A stretch of DNA of 64,000 bases, from the NCBI GenBank assembly GCA_905178155.1, contig CAJINV010000003.1:62001-126000 (forward strand). The letters are read 5' to 3'. The notes under the pieces were generated by a model. That model did no database searches and was not told the origin of the DNA. It saw only the letters and a list, made by a program, of their open reading frames with translations. The translations under genes were made by a program, and so were the position numbers. Below, one piece after another: positions 56,383 through 64,000 of this stretch. Source of the DNA: Amoebophrya sp. A120 (Eukaryota; Protista; Dinoflagellata). How positions within the stretch are numbered: position 1 is the first letter of the stretch; each line of letters begins with the position of its first letter.

Positions 56383-59300
56383 ATGAAGTTTTCCGTTCGC
56401 TCCCACGCGTACGGGGTGCTGCAGCGAGCGCTGGGAAACGAGAAGCGAGTCTCGCTTTTCGTTCGCGAGGTGTTGGCATCCAAGCACGTTCACATTCGCG
56501 AAGATTTGCCTTCGTGCATTCTGAGCGACCTGTGTCGTGCGGGGTACCAGGATCACTGCCACTTCTTGATCCTCGCCTGGGAGATATCCTGAGTAAAAAC
56601 TGCGAACGTCCCCACCCCAGGGTTTGCAAGATGAGAAATCTGTAGGACGCAAGACGAGAACTCGAGAAATGGTTGCTGTTTTGCATGACAAGTTCGACCT
56701 CGTAGTCGAGTCGTTTGTAGCTTGTGCAGAAACATCACAAATTACCGTCTTATCCTCATGCTGTTTCTAGAGCATGACAAACTTCAGATAAAGTCAGAAA
56801 ATGCAGCTCGTGCTGGAGATCATGCCTGCGTACTAGGAGAAACATTTTAGGCAGTTGCGGACCCGCACGACAACTCTGGTGCGGTGGGAACGTTTTCACA
56901 CGGGACAGGAGAGGCGAAAGGCGCTCTTTGTTTGGTCTCGACCAGCACAACGTCGACTCGAGCCTCGTTTTCCTTTCGCGCAGCTTCTTACAGCCCACTA
57001 CCAGGAGCTGCGCGACCACACGTGGGCGCCCCCAGGTTGCAAGCACGGGAACTGTGCGGGACTCTTGGCCAACGTGGTTGCGAGTATCGTTGTCGCCGAC
57101 CACCACGGTGCGTCGACCACTGGAGTCGCAGGTGACAGCAGCGCACGTAGGGAGGTCGTGGGCACTTGCTTCATTGCGGATGGAAATAAAGATGCGACTT
57201 CATTTTATTCCCAGCCGGTTCATGTTGCTGTTTTCGCGCGGCCTTCTACTAATAAATCGGCGCCCCCATTGCAGCTCGCGGGAAAGCGTCTCGTGATGCA
57301 GTGCGCGCGTTTTTTGGTCGTGTGCCTGGGGAGTAGAAGTGGTACGCTGGATGAACATGCAGATGGGCCGCATGAAGCAGTGAATGCTTACGCGCTTGTC
57401 GCGAATGCGCTCCGCAAATTGCATGTCTCGGACTTCTTCAAGAACATCGAAGGAGTGGAGTTCCTGTCCCAAATCCGACACCTTTTGGAGAGACACGCGG
57501 GCGAGCTGCGAAGCCGCACAGATTTTTGTTTTCCCCCGGCCCCTCGCTGCTGGTACTATGACGACGGCGTAGGACCACGATCCACTGGTGGAGGTTACGG
57601 TAGCAGAGTGCAAGCACAAGAAGAACATCATGTACTACCTCGACCGCCTGTCTCCTCCGCTGTGCTAGCCATGCTTGCGCACGCGTTTCCGGACGCGGAG
57701 CTCTGGGGCAACGGACCACTGCAGGATCTGATTCTGCATTCGCTGCTGGCCTGCAGCAGCTCCGAGGAAGCCGCGTGGTCGCCGGAAGAGCTGTGCGCGA
57801 TATGCGACGCCGCCTCGCGAAGACCTCGAGAGCGAGCTATTGTGTTTGAGATCGTGCTGGGAGTGCTGCGGGAGCGGCTTTTGCGAGGTTCAACTGGGGT
57901 ATCCTGAGTAAAAACGTACCCACCCCAGAGTTGTAATGCAGATCTGCAAGCACAAGAGCGCTTGTAATGCGCATCCCCATGAGAAGAATTTCCTATCGTG
58001 TTTTGGAACTTGCAATGCTATAAACAGGATAAGGAGATGGATTTGTGATGCGGCTTCTTTTGCTAAACTGCACTACACTACAGCCTGCAATTTGTCATGC
58101 GCGGTTCCCAAAACTTCAAGGTTTGTGTTGCAAAATCCCAAAAACTTAGACTTTTTTTTCTTGTGAGTGGGGAGAAGTCCTTGCATGAAGTCCTAGTTAA
58201 GACGCATTTGCATAAGCTGCTCCAGGTCAGGGCAGAAATCATGGACAAAAGTGCAGAGGGAGCATAGGCGTTCTACTTGTATGAAGCGTGATAGGCCGTG
58301 CCTGAAGGTTTCGATTCAAAAAAGATTCTGAATGCGCGCGGTACTAAACATTCAGGCGGGTAGCAACGTCCTCTTTATTATGATATGCATATATGAAAAG
58401 ACTCCAGCTGCATTTTTGAAAGTGCAGCTAGGTATGAGCACTGGCTTGGAATGGCAGATATGTATGGGCAGACATTGTTCGGGCTTTGAAATGAGAAGCG
58501 TCTTAGCAACAAAAGGACGAGACTTCTATTGGCTATTGGGATCCAAAGAAAAGGAAGAAGGGGAGGCGAGTAGCAAGACTCGAGGGCTGGACGGGACAGG
58601 TATTGACGTGGAAGCGCTCTGCGCCTGACCACGTCACACATAGCAACAGAGATCAAACGGGCGCCGCGATTCCAAAGCGTGCCGATGTTGCTATCTGGGA
58701 CAGACATGCAGTCGCATCGCACAACCGGGAGAAAGTAGATTTTTTTGCATGTGGGTAGCCGTGTATAGAGGCCGAAATCCCCTCCCGCATTCAAAAAAAA
58801 AAAATCCCCATCTGGACTCTGGGGTGAGGACGTTTTTACTCAGAATATGGGGCACACGTTCAACATCTTCCAAGAACTGCGCGATCGGCACAAGATGGTC
58901 CGAGTTCATCTACTTCCGTGGTATTTACAACTACGTGCAAATAGAATTGAGTTCTCTTTGTTTTTCGACTTGCTTGTTTCTGGAGATCCTTCTTCGATTG
59001 CTAGTGCAAAAACGGCAAGACGCCATTCCGCACATCCATGCATCGAAATCACATCTGTTCTTTGTCCGAACACATTCTCGCAATGATCGCAGCACGAAAA
59101 TTATGCACTAGAAGAGTAAATACTTTTCCGATAGTTGGAATGTGATGATAAACGTTTAACCCTCTTGCTTAGGCCGATTTGGGCTGTTGCAGAGAAACCT
59201 AACAATCACCATCTTTCGTCTGACACGACTCCTTGTCATAACTAGACATCTGCTACAGAACGAGGAAAGATCATCAAATACAATACAATGTTGGTCAAGA

Positions 59301-61484
59301 TTCATTCCGACGGAAATGATCGTCGGTAGTGGACCGGCACGCGGCACGAATTATTTTTTGCGAAACTGCAAAGAGATCTAGTTCTAGATCAAGAGTGCGC
59401 CTGCAGGTTTTTGCGGTTTATATAAGATTTCAACAACTGATGAGAACACGAAGTACACAGGAATTCCTCGTTTCGCTTAGGGAGGAGCCCTGCTCCTGTT
59501 CCCGATGGCGATGAAACACTCAAATTGTCTGGACCTCTGATGCGATGAAAAACCGAGTTTTGTTGTAGAACCTCTTTCTTTGTGCATTGTACAGCTTACG
59601 ATCATATTTGGAAGCTGCTGCACAAGTGTTAGTCTTTATCAGTTGCACGGGCTTAGAAGATCGTCCGCGCAACATGGCACTAGTACATCACTTCCGAGAT
59701 GATGAGAACACGAAGTACACAGGAATTCCTCGTTTCGCTTAGAACTTCGGTTCAATGGCGGTGAACACTCAATAATGTCTGGACCTCTGACACGTCGGAA
59801 ATAGTGGCTCATCTAGTGCATCGTGTAGTTGTATAGCGTGTATGTACGACTACAATATCCTTTTCACAAATGCGACGAAAACTTTCTCGTCCCGTATAGT
59901 CTTCTAAAAATGGTTCAGGTACTGCAACGACATTCGCAGATTCCGGCGGAGGAGGATGAAAATTTGTTCACAAGATCTTCAAGAATGCACAACGAGGCGG
60001 AGGCATGTGGAGGACAACGGGGAGTTTGGACGGCCCGCTCGGTTGCAAGCCTCCTTCGAGCGTTCTGCAAAGCAGGTTCTTCAACAGGTTTACCGAGGCG
60101 CACAAACAACTACACTGAACAGGACGAGACTTCTTCTAGAAGCACGACAACCCGCGGAAACAACATCGCCCAAAGGCTTTATGGAGAGAGGCTTGCAAAC
60201 ATCCTCGCGGCTTCGAAACTGCTCGACCGCGTTTCATGGGAAGACAGTTCATCTGAACTCAGCGTCGCGATTCATGCAATCGGGAAACTCCCGAGAGGAC
60301 GAGGTGATTTTGGTGGGAAGCAAGCAGACGAAGCCCCTGGAGGCGCCCTTGACCGCCTACTGGTCAGCCTGTTGCGGAAGTTTTGCCAGCCATCGCCTCG
60401 CGTCGCCTGGGCGGTGCGCGACTGGGCGAATGTAATGGATGCAGTGTCCTTTCGTCTCTCACGACTGATTTTTTTGCCAAACAAGCACGTGGAACGAGGA
60501 CCACAACTACATGTTGATCCTGTAATATCGAAGAGCGGGGACATGAGAGATGAAGCTCCAGAACATCAAGGCCTTCGCCATATTTCTAAGCCCTTCCGAA
60601 CTTCTGTGCTCCGCTTCATGCAGCTCACACACGAAGCTATAGTCTGTTGCAGTTCGTCATGCCGCGGCAGAAGACCGAGAGAGCTGGAAGAGGGAAATAC
60701 TGTGGACCGTAATTCTCCACCTCCTCGCGCTGCGGTAGAACTACCTGGGACCACAGCTGCTTTGGCGGCGCTACACGGTCCTTGGCAAATTCAGGACTGC
60801 ATGGCGGGTCTCGTTGGTGTGGGCCGTCTGGAGAATGCGCTGGCGGGGGAAGAGGAGGAAGACAGCAAAGTGAAAATACGCCGAAAGATAAGAGGACCAG
60901 CAGACTACCGCGGCAACGACTTTTCATTTCGCGCGTCGACGAAGCGGCTGGAAGTGTTCGAATGTCTGCTTCAGCGGCTGCGGTTCCATGTGCACGAGTT
61001 GAAGTTTTCACAGCTGTCGGACGTGTTTGTGGCGGCCGGAAAGCTCCGCGCGCGTTCTGTGCCTGTCGTCGAGTGTTTGTATAAGCAGTTCTTGCCACGC
61101 GTGGAGGAACAGGTGTTGGCGGCCGTTTCAAGCGGCGCGCCGAGGTCTTCGTGTGACGTGGAAACGTGGAAGTGCGCCGTGGTGAACCTGCTCTCTGCGC
61201 TGTCCAAGTTGCGCCACGACGAGTCAAAACTCGCAGTACCTCAGCACCGTGGGAACAAAAAGGGTGTAATTTCGAGCTGGTCTGCGTCGCAGGGCGTGGC
61301 GCGGTTGCTTGTTACGGCCTGCTTGAAGACAACGTCACGGAACCACGGGAAGGGTCGTCCAGGAGCAGGGTTGCTAAAGCTATCCCGGGCGGATCGCGAG
61401 CAGATTCGTAAGTCCTGTATGAGATTGGGACTGCTCACCGCTAAGACGGCGCCTTGCGTTTCATTGGAAGACCTTACTTGCTAA
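56383..61484 (+). CDS. large hypothetical protein with C-terminal helical repeats (HPR/OPR/FASTK-like); 5' end and internal exons uncertain
   Basis: Frame links 56383-56584, 56841-57899, 58853-58920 and 59919-61484 through two introners and a proposed GT-AG intron. Repeats ELSVAIHAIGKL, QLSDVFVAAGKL, VNLLSALSKL. The 59829 ORF could be a separate gene. Confidence 0.5.
56585..56835. mobile_element. introner family C with decayed right TIR (251 bp)
   Basis: Left TIR TATCCTGAGTAAAAAC; DR GGAGA at 56580-4 and 56836-40; frame restored (AWEKHFRQL). Confidence 0.7.
57900..58847. mobile_element. introner family C with nested ~650-bp insert (948 bp)
   Basis: TIR TAT.CTGAGTAAAAACGT.C.CACCCCAGAG; DR TGGGG; extra sequence ~58153-58800 relative to the 278-bp copy at 21291. 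Confidence 0.87.
59142..59223 (+). ncRNA. C/D-box snoRNA candidate, family 2 (LSU guide)
   Basis: C box GTGATGA, D box CTGA, guide TCACCATCTTTCG; shares TTTAACCCTCTTGC with the 43508 copy. Confidence 0.8.
59437..59540 (+). ncRNA. C/D-box snoRNA candidate, family 1 (SSU guide)
   Basis: C box CTGATGA, D box CTGA, both 18S-antisense blocks conserved, internal hairpin GGAG...CTCC. Confidence 0.78.
59699..59790 (+). ncRNA. C/D-box snoRNA candidate, family 1 (SSU guide)
   Basis: C box ATGATGA, D box CTGA, both guides, flanking stem TTCCGA/TCGGAA. Confidence 0.82.
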
Positions 61485-62117
61485 ACGCGTCGTTGTACAG
61501 CATCAAGAAAGTAGAATTATTGAAAAATCAGGTGAGCAACATCCCGGACGGTAAACTTCAAAACTATGTGTAGCTATGTGTAGTGACTCAACTGAGATGT
61601 TGCGAGACGCATTTTCAAATCGTGTTCCGCTGAGTCGCAGAAATGGTTGGCATGTATGTTGGTGTGCAGCTGCGGACAAACGAACAAAAGTTGAAAACAG
61701 AGTCAACTCTGCGCCAAGTAGGGCCAGGGCTAGCCGCAGTTGTGTAAGTACCCGAGTAGAGCGAGGGATGAATGTCCATTGCCTGCTGTGACAAGCTGAA
61801 CGAATGACATGAGAGAGTCTGTAGCTGTAGTTTCAGTGTCCCGTCGGAAGAAACTTAGCACCCTGCAAGCGACAGTTGTGAATGTATTCTCGCACCACGC
61901 TCCGCTCGTAGTGTGAGAGATATGGAATTTTTCCTACTAGTATGATTCACGGACAACTTCAACTTAGAAACGCACTAGGGTCAGATACAACGATCACGAT
62001 GCCCACGTCCTCGTACATGAAGCAGCTTGCTGCTTTCGCGTTCCGTCTTCCTTATTTTGCAACCTGTTGCTTTGCTCCGGTGTAGTAGGACGTCTCTCTT
62101 CGAGGACCAGCTCCAAC

Positions 62118-64000
62118 ATGGACTACAATACGACATCTGACGGGCAGCTGCGGGAGCACCTGATACGGCGCGAAGACCTTTCCGACGCGGGGTACGAGCA
62201 GGAAGGTGGAACAAGTACTAGGCGAGTAGAACAGTCTTCGCGGAACAACACGCGCCCGAAAAAAAACCGCCGGGAGAAGAACAACCGGGATCCGTACGTG
62301 AACACCTACCCTCGCGACGAGTACGACGACGGGACTGCGGGCCGGAGCGAGTACGATCGCCAGCATTACCAGGACAACATCCCCGCTGGCCGTGAGCGGG
62401 GAGTTGACGTGGAGTACGACAGTTACCAATACGAGGATGGCTATGGTGCCTCCGGTGCGCGGGACCGCGACGACCGCCTCACGGAGAACAACCGAGCGCG
62501 GAGAGGCGGACACAAGCGGCGGCGGGACCGAAATAGGGAGCGCGGCGGTGCGGGGGGCGTAGACCACAACAACCGGTCATACCACCGCAACGGCGACCGG
62601 TATAATTCGGACGGGTATATTCACGATCACTCCGGCCGGGACCGATACAATACTTCAGACGCGGACCACCACGACAGCGGTACCGATTATTCGAACAGCG
62701 GGAGTGACTACGGCGATGAGGAGGACGACGAGGAGAGTCAGACCCCGCAGCGCAGCAACCGCCGGCGGAACCGCGGTCGGAGAAAAAAGATCATGGAGAG
62801 CCCCGATCACGCGGACGAGGACCACAAAATCCGCCACGAGTACAGTGTCATCCAGGACCACCGGGGCGGCGGCCACGATGAAGAGTGGGAGGCCGAGGAA
62901 AAGGACCGTGGCAGCGGGCTGGATAGCGGGGGTGGTCTTCACGACCACTGCGAGGACGACGGCGAGCAGGACCCCCGCGGGCGGCGCGACGACTCCTCCT
63001 ACAGTCGGGGCGAGTACCACGACGGGTCCCTTGGGGGCCATCAGGGCCCCTACGACCAGGGCGCCGCTGCGGACCTGGCGTTGCGCCGAGATCGGAGCCT
63101 GTCGAGTAACACCAGCCTCGGCGAAAGGATGAACAACTTCGGGACCACGACGTCGATTAACCCGCCCGGCGCACCCGGCGGCGGAGGAGGATACCAGCCT
63201 CCGGTGCTCACTGGTATGCACGAGTCTGGATTTTTATGGAATAATGCAAAAAAAAACAGCAAACAGCCGTGTATTCTTTTGGATCAACATCATCCTTTAA
63301 AAATAGAGGACTTCTGCGGGGCACAACCTGGTGCACCGTCTAAGTCTCGCCTACAAGACGTTTGGAGTGTGTAGCCGCGGCTTGCACAAGAAGCTGTGTT
63401 TCGATTCTTTCTGCTTTTCCTGCATGTAAAGATCGGTGTTGATCGTGAAAATACGGATTTGCAGCTGCATTGGAATTTCCAATTCCATATCGCCAACTTG
63501 TTGGGCTTGGTGGACGGCGAAGTCCCAACAGTTCCAGCAGCCCGAAGAGCCCGAAGACGACGCCCCCCTTCCCGTCGCTCGGCTCGCCGCACGGGGGGGT
63601 TGCCGGGGGTCCCGGAGTGCTGCAGCTGTTTCAGACCGCTTCCTCCTCCAGCACGACGGCAGGGAACCCGAATCTCCCGCGCGCCGACAGCTCCCAGTTG
63701 CCCCGCGCCGGCAGTACTTTGTCGAAGGCCACGCCGAGCGATCACAGTTTGAACCTCCAGCAAGGCGGCGGATCCACTTCCACCGCGGCGTTGCATCAGA
63801 ATCGAGGAGCAGGTCCACCTAATTTGGAAGAACGAGGGGTTCAGCTGCTCGGAAGTGAAACTAGTGGTAAAATGCTGGATGTTGACGATCAGCTACAACG
63901 GCAGTCGTTAAATAACCCGCAACATCAAATGATGGGAGACCACGCACACGACTACCAGCAGCGCGACGCCTCAAGCAGCCACGAGCGGTCCGGAATAATG
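62118..64000 (+). CDS. hypothetical low-complexity (Asp/Arg/Gly/His-rich) protein, 3'-partial; exons 62118-63213, 63465->64000
   Basis: Long ORF with GC3-rich codons; phase-1 GT-AG intron 63214-63464 joins a frame open to the window end. Confidence 0.65.

Overview
Eukaryotic, gene-dense window. Its style (co-oriented genes, GT-AG introns mixed with many non-canonical inverted-repeat introns) most resembles the parasitic dinoflagellate Amoebophrya (Syndiniales); that taxon call is an inference. From left to right it holds: the 3' part of a Ty1/copia retrotransposon with PPT and 3' LTR, an ankyrin protein, mitochondrial HSP60, a WW+FF PRP40-like splicing factor, a Gig2/PARP-like protein, an SLC35F5-like DMT transporter, a MATE transporter, a hypothetical gene, RPL10A, the condensin kleisin CAP-H, a signal-peptide-bearing OTU protease, a helical-repeat protein and a partial low-complexity gene. 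All are on the + strand. A ~10 kb segment (19561-29600) is repeated almost identically after a 100-N gap (29701-39740), probably an assembly artefact. The dominant system is a set of 22 distinct TIR elements sitting inside coding exons. Twenty-one have TA...TA-type ends and 5-bp target duplications, most are 250-320 bp, some reach 1-1.5 kb, they fall into several TIR families and occur in either orientation, and in the junctions worked through none can be read as GT-AG. Removing each element plus one repeat copy restores the reading frame in every case I traced, so they behave as transposon-derived non-canonical introns (introners). The short families share an internal TTGTCATGC-type motif with recurring 31-33-nt spacing. 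Five C/D-box snoRNA candidates from two families, with rRNA-complementary guides, were also found.
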